Assembly (NCBI GenBank): GCA_965242725.1
Contig: CBDESZ010000004.1
Span: 256,001-320,000 of the forward strand
Direction of reading: 5' to 3'
Source: Alkalispirochaeta sp.
Lineage (GTDB): Bacteria; Spirochaetota; Spirochaetia; DSM-27196; Alkalispirochaetaceae
Length of the DNA stretch: 64,000 bases
Part shown: positions 8,007 through 20,305 of the stretch, in pieces
How positions within the stretch are numbered: the stretch's first letter is position 1
Layout of the letters: every line of letters begins with the position of its first letter
Made by a program: the position numbers and the translations under genes
The notes under the pieces: model-generated
Database searches by the model: none
The model's input: only the letters and a program-made list of their open reading frames with translations
What the model was told of the DNA's origin: nothing

Positions 8007-10205
8007 ATGGCGCAAAAAAAGGGCTTGCTGATACCGATCCTTCCCGCCATTGTCATGGCGATTCTCCTTTTCATAGTGATTTCCGGATGCCGCAGCAGGG
8101 CTGACGTGATTGCGCCCGGCGACGGAAGGGCTGAAATTTCCCGCCCCCCCGACGGGGATGTGACCGACGACGATCTTTCCGTCACCGTTCAGCTGCATGG
8201 CATCGATCCTTCGGACATTGCCGCGATTGTCGTTCAGGTGCATCACGGGGGTACACTTGTCAAGGAAGAGGAGGTGGCCTTCCGGCTCACTTCCGCGGAT
8301 GCGCTCACCCTCGGGCTGCCCGTTGCCGCCCTGGAAGACGGAAAGAGATATCTCTTCACTCTTTTTATCGTGACGAATGAAGGTGCCCGGTATCGTGTTT
8401 CTCCGGATATCGATATTCGATTTACCCTCGATCTGACAGTTCCCGTAGTGGACGGTGAAGAGGTGAAGACCTTTGACCCCCGCCATACCTTTCGATGGAG
8501 GCACGAATCGCCGCCGGTAGGGGATCGTGTCTCCTTTACCCTTGCAGACGGTCCCGCCGGGGTGCCGTTGCTCACCGCAGAGGTCGACGGCGAGACTACC
8601 AGCTACACCCCTGACAGCGACATCGTCACCGGGAATGAAATCACCGCCGGGCGGCAGACGGTGTGGTATGTACGCATGGCAAGCCGGCACGGCGTTCTGG
8701 GACCACCGTCGGAAACGGGCGCCGTCACCTTCACTGAAGATCTCCCACCCGTTGACGCACGTACGGGAGAGGGGGGGCTGCCGTCGGTCGTCGCGCTTCC
8801 GGGACTCGTTTGGCAGCACATACCCGGCGCCGTCCGGTATCATCTGGATATCGCGGCCGCCGACGGCAGCGATTCCGCCGCCGTCATCCGGCGGACCACG
8901 ACGGAGAGCCGCTACCGCATCGCGCCGGCGGAACTTGAGCTCCTCCTGCGCCGGACGGAGCGGGAGATCGCACAGGCCGGCGACGAGGTGCCGATCTTAT
9001 ACTGGCGGGTGCATGGGGAAAACGCCCTTGGCAATACGACGCCGTCGAGCGACCTTTTCTCCTTTGTCTATGATCATCGCATGCCGACGATGGAGGTGGT
9101 CCTGCCGCCGCCGATTGAACGTCCCGTGGAAGCGGTACCCGACGAGGTCCCCGCTCCCCGGGGCGTTGTCGTTCTGGGGACACGGAGCGCGCCGGAAAGA
9201 GATGAATCACCGCCGTTGACGGTGACGGTATCCCGAAGTTTTTCCATGGCGAAATACGAGGCCACAAACGGTGTCGTCGCGGGGGCGATGAATAACGCCC
9301 TCTTTCACGGGGAGGCGATGATCGTTGAACGGGACGGGGAGGGGACGTATGTCGTCGACGCGGACTTTCAATATCCCCTTATCGCCCTGGACTCCCTTGA
9401 ATTCGGCACGCAGTTTTCACTGACGGTGACTGACGGCGGGGCTCTCGTTCCCGTCGAAGGGTATGCCTCCCATCCGGCTGTGGGTATAACCTGGTACGGC
9501 GCGGCATTTCTCGCAAACGAGCTCTCCCTTCTTGAGGCTCGGGACGAGGTATATACCTTTGCGGCCGACGAGATCACATCCCATCCCGAACGGGACGGAT
9601 ATCGGCTGCCGACGGAGGGAGAGTGGGCCTTTGCGGCATCCCTTGATCGGAGAATCGACCGAAGCAGTCCCGGCGCGATTGAATTCCCCGTCGTTGTGAC
9701 TGAAGCACGGGCAGTCGGGGCGATTGAGTTCAGGGGAACCAACTATGAGCGCAGCGGTCACCGCTGGGAGGATTTGTCTCCGCCCTTTACACGGGCGGGG
9801 GGACCTACCGTTCCCGTCGGGGCGTTGGGCTATCTCAACAGGGCGGGGCTGTCGGACATGCTGGGGAACGTCTGGGAGTGGACGGAGGACTGGTATGATC
9901 CCGAGTGGTACGCCCGCGCCGCCCGTACCGACGGAAACTCAGACGAAAACTCCTACGAAATCTCCGTACCGGACGGAGGGCCTGCATCGCCCGTTCCCGA
10001 TGTATATGGAAGGGAAATGAAGGTAGTACGCGGAATGGCGTGGAATACGCCCCGCGGGCAGATCAGGGTGACCAACCGGGGAGCTTTCAGTCCCGACGCG
10101 ACGAGTCACAGTATCGGCGTGCGTTTTGTCAGGACGATAACGGCTCCCGCCGGTGCCGCTACTTCCCCACTCCGTACTGACCCTCAAGGTGTTCGTAATA
10201 ATTGA
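8007..10205 (+). CDS. Probable lipoprotein with C-terminal FGE-sulfatase (SUMF1-type) domain
   Basis: Lipobox-like VISGC after a hydrophobic stretch. HPAVGITWYGA, GYRLPTEGEW, GLSDMLGNVWEW, VVRG, IGVRFVR motifs. Confidence 0.82.
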   Translation: MAQKKGLLIPILPAIVMAILLFIVISGCRSRADVIAPGDGRAEISRPPDGDVTDDDLSVTVQLHGIDPSDIAAIVVQVHHGGTLVKEEEVAFRLTSADALTLGLPVAALEDGKRYLFTLFIVTNEGARYRVSPDIDIRFTLDLTVPVVDGEEVKTFDPRHTFRWRHESPPVGDRVSFTLADGPAGVPLLTAEVDGETTSYTPDSDIVTGNEITAGRQTVWYVRMASRHGVLGPPSETGAVTFTEDLPPVDARTGEGGLPSVVALPGLVWQHIPGAVRYHLDIAAADGSDSAAVIRRTTTESRYRIAPAELELLLRRTEREIAQAGDEVPILYWRVHGENALGNTTPSSDLFSFVYDHRMPTMEVVLPPPIERPVEAVPDEVPAPRGVVVLGTRSAPERDESPPLTVTVSRSFSMAKYEATNGVVAGAMNNALFHGEAMIVERDGEGTYVVDADFQYPLIALDSLEFGTQFSLTVTDGGALVPVEGYASHPAVGITWYGAAFLANELSLLEARDEVYTFAADEITSHPERDGYRLPTEGEWAFAASLDRRIDRSSPGAIEFPVVVTEARAVGAIEFRGTNYERSGHRWEDLSPPFTRAGGPTVPVGALGYLNRAGLSDMLGNVWEWTEDWYDPEWYARAARTDGNSDENSYEISVPDGGPASPVPDVYGREMKVVRGMAWNTPRGQIRVTNRGAFSPDATSHSIGVRFVRTITAPAGAATSPLRTDPQGVRNN

Positions 10206-11371
10206 TAACCTTCCGGACATATTCACGCTTCTCCGGGTAGGGCTTATATGAAAATGAACGCTTGAAACCGTAAATAATGATATTCCGCAGTTGGGTCGGG
10301 GTGATATCGAAGTTACGGATCGCGAGATTGATTTCATCGGTTACCGTCGTGTGTGAGACGAGGCGGTTGTCGGTGCAGAACGAGACGGACAGCTTGTTCT
10401 CAAGCATTTTCCCCAGAGAATGCTCTTTTACCGACTGGATGTCCGGGGCGGTCTGCAGGTTGCTGGTGAGACACACCTCGATGGTCGTGCGATGGTCGGC
10501 GATGTAGTTGACCAGCTGGCGGATATACTTCCGGCGGTCGGAGATCGTCTCGTCCCGAATGTGGTCGGGGTTGAAAAGACGCATGCCGTGGCCGATGCGA
10601 TCGGCGTGAAGCTTGGTGATCGCCTGAAAGATCGATTCCGGACCGTACGCCTCTCCGGCATGGACCGTCTTCTTGAGGAAGTGCTTGTGAACATAGTCAA
10701 ACGCCTCCGCGTGATCTCCCGCGGGATATCCGTACTCACTTCCGGCAAGATCAAAGGCAACAACCTGGACGTCACTTTCGTCCCGAAGGGCGACGGTGGC
10801 ACGGGCAAGTTCACTCGAGGCGAGTTGAATGATCTCCGATTGGTCGGAATAACTGTGAACCGTCGACAGCGCCCGATAGTAACGGGAAAAATTCGATGCA
10901 AAAAAGCGCATGGCGATGACGATAATACCGTAGTCAAACTCCGGTTCCTCGTCGGGGAGGGTGCGGTTGATTTCCGATCGGGCCTGACGCAGACCGGCGT
11001 CGACGGCGTGCATGACCTGGGAAAATGAAAGATCCTCGCTCATGTGGAGCTGCGGCGCAAAGCGAACCTCCAGATGGCGAACCCCTTCGGCAAAAATTGT
11101 CCAGAGCCAGTTCATACGCCACCTGCTGCAGATGCTCCTCCCGCTGCAGGACCTTGTTTGTGAGTCCGAAACCGCGAAGGTACTCGTCAAGATTTTTGTA
11201 CGTCGACTTGAAGACCGTTTCGTTGAGACCTTCCGGGGTATATGAAGGTATGTCTATGCGCTCTTCCTTGGCGATATCGATGAGGGTGCGCTCCCGAAGG
11301 CTGCCGTCGAGATGGACGTGAAGGTCTGTTTTTGGAATTTTCTTTACAAATTCTTCCGGATAGTGTGTCAT
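10159..11371 (-). CDS. add: Adenosine deaminase family protein (one apparent frameshift near 11092)
   Basis: PKTDLHVHLDGSLR, EVRFAP, DLAGSE, TVHAGE, RIGHG, EVCLTSN, CTDNR. The two ORFs join at an A5 run. Confidence 0.85.
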
Positions 11372-11389
11372 TCTTCCATCATAACCGTG

Positions 11390-12712
11390 ATGCCCGGAAG
11401 AACGCTACCGAAAATACATTCGCCTTTTTTCCGTCTCATAACCCTCTGGATACTGTTGTGGGCGTCAACCGGCGGTGCCGTCGGTGCACAGACGACGTCC
11501 GCCGGGACCGTCGATCTGCGGCTGCGCACCTTTCCCGGTGACACCGATGCGGTGCTTTTGCCGGCGCATCCGGGACCGGCGATTGAACTGCACGGGCGCG
11601 AGGAGGAGGACGGCTGGCGTCGGTATACGGGACTGCCGGCCGGAGGAGTCATCGAACTTCGTGCCCCCGGATATCTTCCGAGACTTCTCGTGCTTCCCGG
11701 GGAAGGAGCGGGGGAGGTGGTTGTGAAGGAGCGTCTTCTTCCCGCCGAGGGACCGCTCCGGGCGCTCTCCGAGGCGCCTACCGGCGGCTCTCCCAAGAGC
11801 GCCATTTTTCTTGGCCCCCGACCGTGTCGCGGTTCCCCTCCTTCGGGACAACGGAATCGATCTCTTTGCGGTCCGTCGTGACCGGTGGGGTGAGGTCAGC
11901 CTCGTTCCCGACGGGCGGCTGTCGCCTCCTGCACCCTGGGCCGAACGGCATGGATTTGTCGAGGCATTGGTTGTCCGGGACGGTACGGAACTGTGGGTTT
12001 CCCAGATGACCACCGGATCGATACACCGGTTTTCACTGCCCGACGGCATGTGGCTCTCCGTCCATTCTTCCGGCGGAACGTGGCCCAAAGTCCTCGCAGG
12101 CGGGAAAATGGACCGGACGGTGTGGGTTTCCAACTGGGACGGCCGGTCCGTCGCGGAGCTCGATGTCCGGAGCGGACAATTGCTGCAGACAATATCCCTT
12201 CCGGGTCAGCCCCGCGGGCTTTTCTACGACGGGGAACGTGATCACCTCTGGGTCTGCCTCTTTTCAAGCGGACAGGTGCTGCGCCTCGGGAATGGCGAAA
12301 TCCTGGAGAGATGGGGGCAGTCGGTGGGTGCCGCCAGACATATCGTTGCCCTTCCTGAGTCACCCCTCATCTACTACAGCGATATGTACCACGGAACGGT
12401 CCGTGTCCTGGACTCCCGGAACGGCGGGAGCTCGTTTCGCGCCGCATCGGCAGCAATATCAACACGATCGCCCTCGATCCGGAGGGGCGCTATCTGTATG
12501 TAAGTGAGCGGGGCAGAAACAATCGGGAGAGTTATCTTCTCCCGGGGCCCGAGTTCGGCAGGATCTTTGTTCTTGATGCCCTCACGCTGTCCACCGTCCA
12601 GACGCTCTACGGTCGCAATCAGCCGACGGGTCTTGCCGTCTCACCTGACGGTCGGTTTGTGGTGGCCACCGATTTTCTCGACGACAACATCACCTTGTAT
12701 CGCGTTCAATAA
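11390..12712 (+). CDS. Secreted YncE/YVTN-type beta-propeller protein (split by apparent frameshifts near 11815 and 12430)
   Basis: Signal peptide, then propeller blades ([37 protein letters not shown]) spread over three frames. Confidence 0.65.
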
Positions 12713-14210
12713 TGGCCGTGGCGATCTCAATAAACTGATTTCCCCGGTCAAACTCATTTCGAAACATCCCGAATGAAGCGCAGCCCGGCGAGAGCAGAAT
12801 TATCGACTCACCCTCATCTCCTTTGCCTTTGCGCATAGTCGCTTCCCCCGTACAGGTGGTGGACCGCATCCGTGAGTGTTGAAAAACGCGGAATCCGTGA
12901 AACGGCGGCGTCGGACAGCTTTCTCCCGATGATATCCGTTGCGGTTCCGTCAAGAAGGGCGACGGAACCACCCGCGTTGAGAACCCGCTGTATCGTCTCC
13001 ACGAGGGGGCGCGGATCGAGTCCCTTGTCGCTTCCCCCGGCGATGAGAAAGAGCGTCACCCCCGAGGACTCCGGAGCAAAGGCGTTGACCCCTTCCCGGG
13101 CTGCCTCGGGTATCGTTGCTGCGGTATCGTTGATGAACCGGATCCGGTTGACGTTTCCCACGGTCTGGAGACGGTGGGGGTACGCCGGGAAATGAGGCGA
13201 TCCGTCCGGCTATCGTCGGAGGTGTGACCCCAAGGCGGGCGGCCGCGGCGGCGGCCATCGCAATATTTATTTTGTTGTGCCGTCCGGGAAGGGGGATGGG
13301 GCTCCCTTCCTTCGGAATGGCGCTGATATCGAAGGGAGGGTCCCAGGTGGAGCCGGCGTTCGATCCATGATCACCGACCGGACCGGCAAGGTAGACGGGG
13401 ATTATCGGGAAAGTGTGTCGAGAGTTCCTCAATGAACGACGGCGTCCATTGATTGTCCTTCGGGAGGATGACCAGTGCATCAGGGGGGAGGTGGCGGTAA
13501 ATTTCCCGCTTATCCTCCACATACGCCTCCATGGACGGGTAGTAGTCCTGATGATCGGTGAAAATATTGGTGATGATCGCCACCGTCGCGGAAATTGCCG
13601 GAAAAAAGACCGTCCGGGGCAGGGTGTGCGGAATACGAGCCCCGGACCGCGCATTATGGCTGCGAAAAAACGCAAGGTCTCCCAGCTGAAAGGACGATAG
13701 TTCCAGCACCACCGGATCCGCCGGTTTGAGGGTATCGAGAAAACTCAGGGGAGAGACGGTGATGTTACCGCCCAGCATCGTTTCCGGATACGCCCCCGCA
13801 ACGATGTGGGCGGCCAGGGACGAGCAGGTACTCTTTCCTTTTGTGCCGGTCACGGTGATGAGGGGACTGACCCCGGATCGATCCCCGGCGGAAAGAGTCT
13901 CCCGCTCGGCGAGAAAGAGGGCGATATCACTCGTCACGGCCGCCGTATCGGCGAGGAGCGGAGCCGTCCGCGGGACCGCGGGATTCTTTATGACCATGTC
14001 GGCGCGGACGAAATCGTCGCGTTCATGCCGGCCAAGAACAACCCGGCACTGGCCGGGGAGTTCATCGGCGCTGTTTTTCAGGAGATCATAGCTTCTGAGA
14101 TCGGTGACGGTCACTGTGGCACCGCGGCTCACTGCGTACCGCGCCGCCGCGAGTCCGCCGCCATGGACCCCCAGTCCCATGACGGTGATGCGCATTCCCG
14201 AGAGATTCAC
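12690..14210 (-). CDS. murD: UDP-N-acetylmuramoyl-L-alanine--D-glutamate ligase (several apparent frameshifts)
   Basis: [82 protein letters not shown] across four ORF pieces. Confidence 0.88.
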
Positions 14211-15178
14211 GATTTCCGTCCTTCCTTCGGCAGGACTTCAAACTCCCGCATTTCCTGTTCGTTGAGGTAGATATCAAGGGTGATATCATCAAACCCACCC
14301 GTTCCAGTCGGAAGGTATCCGTTCCTTCAGTTCCCTGAAGAGGGGAAGTTCCGGGGAGAACTCCTCTTCTCTGAGGGACGGCCTGGATATCCTGGACGTG
14401 GGGTTTTCAGAAAGTCGATGAAGCGATGAAGACGGGGAATGGCCTCCCGCCGCTGGGCTGAGGAAATACCGATGGGGTTGTGGCAGATGGTGCGATACTT
14501 GCTCGTGAAGGGATAATAGGGATAGATGCGTTTTCCCTGGGGTATGACGAGTTTTGTAAAAAACTTGTTGAGATCGGCATCCATCCAGATGCCCTGAATA
14601 AAGTATCCCCGCCCGGTTTCACCTATCCATGTATCGGAGATCATCTGTTCCACAACGGCTACGGCCGGTGCCCTCATCTCTGGTGCGGACTTCCCCGAGG
14701 GGTATGATAATTCCCTCCACAACGAGATTCGACGTGCGGTACACCGGGGTCGTATCATTGGTTACCCCTTTTCGACGACGACGTGGTTCTGGGGGCGGAA
14801 GGTGAGATCCAACCGGAGGAGGTAGAGATAGTGGACCCCCGACACGCGGTAGATCTGAAAAAAAAACCGGGTCGCAGTATTTCGGCAGGGTCAAAGAAAT
14901 AGGTCAGCCCTTCAAATACACCGGGAATGAGCTGCTGCAGCCTGGGAGAGAAATCCCCTGAGCCGTTCCTGATAGGTCGATTCGGGAGTGGTCGAGTTGA
15001 CATCATGATGAATTGAAAACGAGGGTACCTGAAATTCCTGTCCCAGGCGGAGGAAAAAATCTTCCGATTGATTGAAATGGCGGCTGTACCCAACGGCGGA
15101 ATCACTCTTTCGTCGCAAGAGTCCGTTGATCATCGAATCGGTTGTATCGACTCGGATCTCCCCGAAGACTTTTTCCAT
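14207..15178 (-). CDS. Hypothetical protein (fragmented by apparent frameshifts)
   Basis: GGAGG RBS plus ATG (MEKVFGEIRV). Consecutive overlapping minus-strand ORF pieces ending in a GTGA overlap with murD. No motif recognised. Confidence 0.5.
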
Positions 15179-15256
15179 TCCTCCAAAAGTATAGGGAATA
15201 GGCGGACCATGCAAGTTGTATTGTGATTTGGCAGGTGCCGGGATACACTATTGGGT

Positions 15257-16564
15257 ATGATGTCGTGTCGTACCATCCACCGTCTTGGTTTCATAGCGAT
15301 CTTTCTCGGGATAGTCTTCAGCGCAGGCGCACAGCAGCGGAACGAGGCGTATGCCTTCATTATCTATGCTGAAGGGTACAACATGTCGGTTTTTCGCAAT
15401 GACGAACTCTCGACGTACGATGTGCTGGTGGACGATGTGCTGGGAATGCCTCTTCTTCCGGGAGACATCGTCCAGACCGACAACGACACCTTCCTTGAAA
15501 TGCAGGTCATGCCTTCAAGAACGGTTGTGAAGATCGCGGAGAATACCACCTTTGAGATAGAACGTATCGGCGGCGCAGGCGGCGGATCCTTCAAAATGTC
15601 CTATGGCCGCCTGCGGGCGCGGGTGGAGCGGGTTGCCAGGAACGACCGGTTTGAGATCCGCGGCTTTTCCGCCGTCGCCGGCGTTCGCGGGACGGACTTT
15701 GGTTATGACATGGTGGTGGAACGCTCGTCGGCGTCGCAGGGCCGCCGCGGAGCTCCAGACGAAAGTCTACGTCTTTGAGGGTGAAGTTGAAGTATCTGAA
15801 AGCGTCGAGGCGACGGAGACTCCCGAAGGAACGCCGTCGGACCAGGGGGGCGGCACCTCCTGCGGAGCGGCAGGCGGTGCGGCTCCAGGCGAATGAAATG
15901 GTCAATGTGGTAACGCCCGCCCCCGGCGGATATCGATCGACCCCTCGAGGAGATGCCTTGAAGATGACGGTACGGCCCGCCCCGAGCGCCCGGCCCCCGG
16001 CAAAACGCCAGCAGGTGGTCTTTCAGCAGACGGCAATTGCGACTGATATTCAGGAGTTCTGGACGCGACAGGATTTCAAAGAGGAAGCGGTGGATCCCGA
16101 CCAGGTGGAAGAAAAGTTTCCCGGTATCAACGCCCGGGTTCAGCAGCTCAGTGAGGAGCGGCGCCAGTATGAAGAGCTCCAGCGCCTGCGCCGGGAGGGA
16201 CTCCTTGGATCATCACCGGAGACGCTCGCCCCAGGTTGCGGAACCGGTGGAGCCGGAAGAACCGGAACGGACTCCCGAGCGGGTATCACTCAACGCGCCG
16301 GTGAGGATTCCCGTATCGAGCGTATTCTCCTGCCTCAGGATGCGGCGGGTGAGGCCAGAACAACTGCGTATTGCCGGCCATTGGATGGTCGGACTGGGGG
16401 TGGTGATGGAACTGGCGGGACTCGCCGGCGCATGGTACGTGGATGACGCACGACGGCTGGAGGACCTGAGTCAGGCCGGACCCAGTACGGGTGCCATGAT
16501 CGGAGGCGGTGTATTTATCTCCTCCGGTCTCTTCTCGTATCTTCTGAGTCTTTTTGCCGATTAG
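15257..16564 (+). CDS. FecR-domain-containing exported/membrane protein (apparent frameshifts)
   Basis: Signal peptide; LLPGDIVQT...VVKIAENTTF...GRLRA...AVAGVRGTDF...VYVFEGEVEV is a FecR pattern; C-terminal TM pair. Confidence 0.65.
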
Positions 16565-16649
16565 GGCCGCGACGGTCCGGCGATGACCGTCGTGTCCAGT
16601 GCGGTTATTTCCCATCCCCATCTGGACGGTGAGAAAAGAAAAAAATATG

Positions 16650-18016
16650 GTCAGTCGGTCGCGAAGCACCGTTTTCGTCGCCGAGAGGGACGCTTCCGCC
16701 GACTCGCCGTCAGGTCTCCACATCGTATAATCCACGGTGATTTCCACTGAATCTGCTCCCTGCCCGGTGACCGACATGGACTCTATGATCGGTCCGTAGG
16801 GGATCCTGCTCTCCGGTCTGCCCCCGCGCAATCCACTCCGCAGCGGGAATGACCCTGTCTTCCATGGAGTGGGCAAACTGTACGCGGTCAACGACATACA
16901 GGTTGGTAACTTCCCTGAGAATGCCGGCGGCGACACCTTTGGCGAGGGCGTCGTCCATGGTTTCGTGATCAAGCATCGCCCAGCTTTCATAAAAGAGGGT
17001 GGCGAGCCGTTCCGGGGAAAGTCCCGCCGTCACGGGAGGAGCAAGTCGATTTCTGACTATCTGAAAGGGTATAGCCCCCGCAACGAGGGCAATCACGATT
17101 GATGCGGCAATAACCGTTCCGCGACGGCGAAAAGAAACGGCGTCGGCGCCACTCCCGCTGTCTCTTCTCAAACGCCTGTTGTGCCAGTTGCCGCCGTTTT
17201 GCCGTCTCATCGGAGTCGATGTCCCTCCAGGACCGGTACCGTTTTGACCGTCGATACCAGCTCTTCCATCGTCCCCTCCCGGAGGGCGACTTCAGGCTCC
17301 CGGATCAGTCGGTTCACGAGCTCCGCCACGATGGGGGTGAACCGAGGGTTTCAGACGGTGGATGGCGGGACTATTCCTTACGGCGTCGTGGCAGAGGTCC
17401 GATTCATCCTGGGTTGACCCGGTACAAAGCGGTGTCGAGGTGAGAACGTTCCAGAGTACGGCGCCACACTCGTAGGCGAGGGCGGCAGGACGTTCAAGGC
17501 GGCTGAACCGATAGGGAAAGACCGCGCGCCGTCGTCGTTCCAGGGGCAGGTAGCGATTTATCTCCGTCGCGAGATCGGTATCCAGGAGGAGGCACGTTCC
17601 GTCGGAGGTGATTATGGAGGTAATCGGCATTGCAGACCGTATGTGTTTCCCACCGGCGAGCGTAGGCATAGGCACCCGTCACCGCGCCGATCAACTCGGC
17701 GAGGGAAGGGGTGTTGACGGTTTGCGGTACTCGCCGGGGCGGAATGGGAAAGGTGTTCACCGATTGTGTACCCGTCAAGCCATTGGCCGCAGAGGAAGAG
17801 GACGCCGTCATGGGGCAGGATCTTCGTCCACCTGCCACGGCCTGACCGTTCCGTTGGTGACGAGGATGCCTCCCCTTCGTGATAGTGCGCCGATCCGTTG
17901 GGCGGGAAAAACCGCCGGCGGGTACTCCCGTATTGAGGCCGAGAATGAGCTGCTCTTCCCCGTTCCGCTCTTCCGTTATCCGCAGCCGGGAGGAGGAAGA
18001 TTGTTTCGATGATCAT
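16650..18016 (-). CDS. Hypothetical membrane protein (fragmented; boundaries approximate)
   Basis: Chain of overlapping minus-strand ORFs with one TM segment (VIAASIVIALVAGAIPF). No motif recognised. Confidence 0.4.
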
Positions 18017-18816
18017 TACGTATCCTTCGTATAGACGATGGAGGCAAAGACGACGGTCCCCACATCACCTTCATATTCGGTATTAAAACTACCACGGTCA
18101 AGGATATGAGGACGAGAGGCAACACCGGCAAGCATATGTCCCACCGCAAGGGGGCCATGTTGAACGGGGAGGATCCTCAAAGGTTGATATATTCTCGACA
18201 AGCTGCGTACCCGGTGCGGTCAGAATAAGGCGAAAGATCTTCCGCGCGTTGGCTTCCGCTTCCCCGTGGTGTGGTAAAACCGCTCAAATTTGCCGCCACG
18301 AGAATCTTTGTACGCACATCCGCCTGCACTGAGGCGATGGCGTCGGTCACGGGGACGAGTTGATCCGCGGTGGAGGGGTGGTACCAGAAGGGGAACGATA
18401 GGTATGTTGCCGAAGTAATAGTGCAGCGACGGCAACAACACTTCGATACTGTGATTCTGCAAATGGGCGATCTCATCGTACACAAAAGGCGCGGTTGCCG
18501 TTGTGCAGTTGCCGAAGGATTTCCGTCGCGACGGGCAGGGTTTTCCCAGGGGCGTCGCAAAGTGATCCGACTCGGGGAGAAGAATGTACTCATCGTGCCG
18601 TGTTTTCGGGCGGTGCCAGGATGATGATACGGTCCGGTTTGTCCGGGCCCATCGCCTTCAGCGCTCCGACGATGTAGCGAAGGCTGTGCCGGTACGCCCC
18701 GAAGGGTGCAACCGCTACGGCGACGTTTTCCACCCGTTATCGGCGAGTCTTTAAAGGCCTGCCGCAGCAGCGGGGTGAGAATGTCGGGATCAACCGGGGA
18801 AATAGATGGTCTTCAC
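18016..18816 (-). CDS. AmmeMemoRadiSam system protein B / Memo-like (fragmented)
   Basis: PDRIIILAP, HLQNHSIEVLLPSLHYYF.NIPIVPLLV, ILVAANLS and terminal VGTVVFASIVY resemble degenerate Memo motifs. Confidence 0.55.
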
Positions 18817-18885
18817 CGACCATGGCACGTATCAACGACGAATCCTCCCTCAGGAAGTATCGTCTCTGAGGCGCGCCCTTTCAAA

Positions 18886-20301
18886 TCACATTTTCACCGC
18901 CGATACCCAGGACGTTTCAAACCGCGACTCATCGAGCTCAACGGCGAGATTTTTTTTCCTGTGTCGGCAGCACGAGACCGGTGGGACCGTCCTTGGCACG
19001 ACGGAGGTATTTGACCTGCGTATAATAGAGATCGCCCTTGCCGCTCTGTCTCGCCTTGCTGTAGAAGAGTGCCAGGTTCCCTGCATCCAGCAGAACCTCC
19101 AGGGGAACACTCTTGCCCGGCTGGTTGCGGATAAACACATAGCCTCCCGGGTAGTCACGGGTGTGGAGCCCACCAGTCATTTCCGCGGACACGCCCCCCG
19201 GAGGAGCTGATCGTTCTCCCGGGCGTTACGGCCCACGAGAATGCGGAAGCCGTGTGACGCAAACTCTATTCCGGGACCGTCCTCGCCGGCACGCTGCTTT
19301 GCGCTCTTCTCTTCATCCCGCAGGAGGTCAAGAATCTCGTGGTTTTCAAGGGTCTCCAGCCGGGCGAGCTGTGAATCCACATGGCGAATACGGTGTTGCA
19401 GGGATGCCGCCGCGGACTCGAGAAATGCGGCGGGACTCCTCCGCGCGGTGGGCGCGGTCGTAGTAGCTCTTCGCGTTATCAGCAGGCGATAGTCGCGGAT
19501 TGAGCCGTATGCGAATCGGCTTGTCCTCGTCAAGATAATCCGTCGTGTCCAGCCACTCCATTCCCGGTGTCATGCGGTGCGCCGAGGCGAGAATGAGATC
19601 ACCGTAATGACGATTTTGCGTCCCCTCGTTCCCCGCGGCGCGCCCCTTTTCAATTTCGTCAAGACGGGCGGACAGACGCCGCCTGGTCCGTGTGAGGACC
19701 GCACGCGCCCGATTGAGAGCACGTTCACGCTCCCGGGCGTACTCTTTTGTCCGATACTCCCCGTCGATCGCCTCGTTGAAGGAAGCCGAGCCGTCGTAGT
19801 CTCGAACCTTCCGGTCCGCCCCCGGATCACCTTCAGGCTGTTCCGGATGAAATGACGCACCCCGACTCGAGGTGCTCCTTCGGCTTTCTGAAACAGACGT
19901 CCAGGATCGTACCGTCCTCTTCGGTGACGATTATGTTTGCCCTCGTTCCCCAGAGACGGATATAGACAATTGATATCGTTTCGTTTCCGCTGAATCGAAA
20001 TCGCGACGATGCGGTCCCGGTAGACATGGTCTGCGGAAATGATGCGGGCCGCCCTTTATCCGGGCGTGCAGAAAATCCTCAAATCGCTGATGGCTGCGTT
20101 TTTTTCCGCGGCGGCCAGGCGGTCCGGTGGAGGCGGACCCAGGGATGCTCCAGGCAGATACGCAACCACCACGTATGTGGAGGAGTATAGATCTGCAGGT
20201 AGAGATTCTTGAAATCATGCTGAATGACGTTTTGAACGTGACTGTCCTCGAGGGGAAGTTCGGCGAGGACGGCGTCGATCTCGGGGCTGTTTGAGGGACA
20301 T
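18886..20301 (-). CDS. NFACT family protein (RqcH/FbpA-like ribosome quality control; fragmented)
   Basis: YIRLWGTRANIIVT, IRLNPRLSPADNAKSYY, GFRILVGRNARENDQL, LHTRDYPGGYVFI...DAGNLALFYSKAR (NFACT-R domain). Confidence 0.8.
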
Positions 20302-20305
20302 GTCG

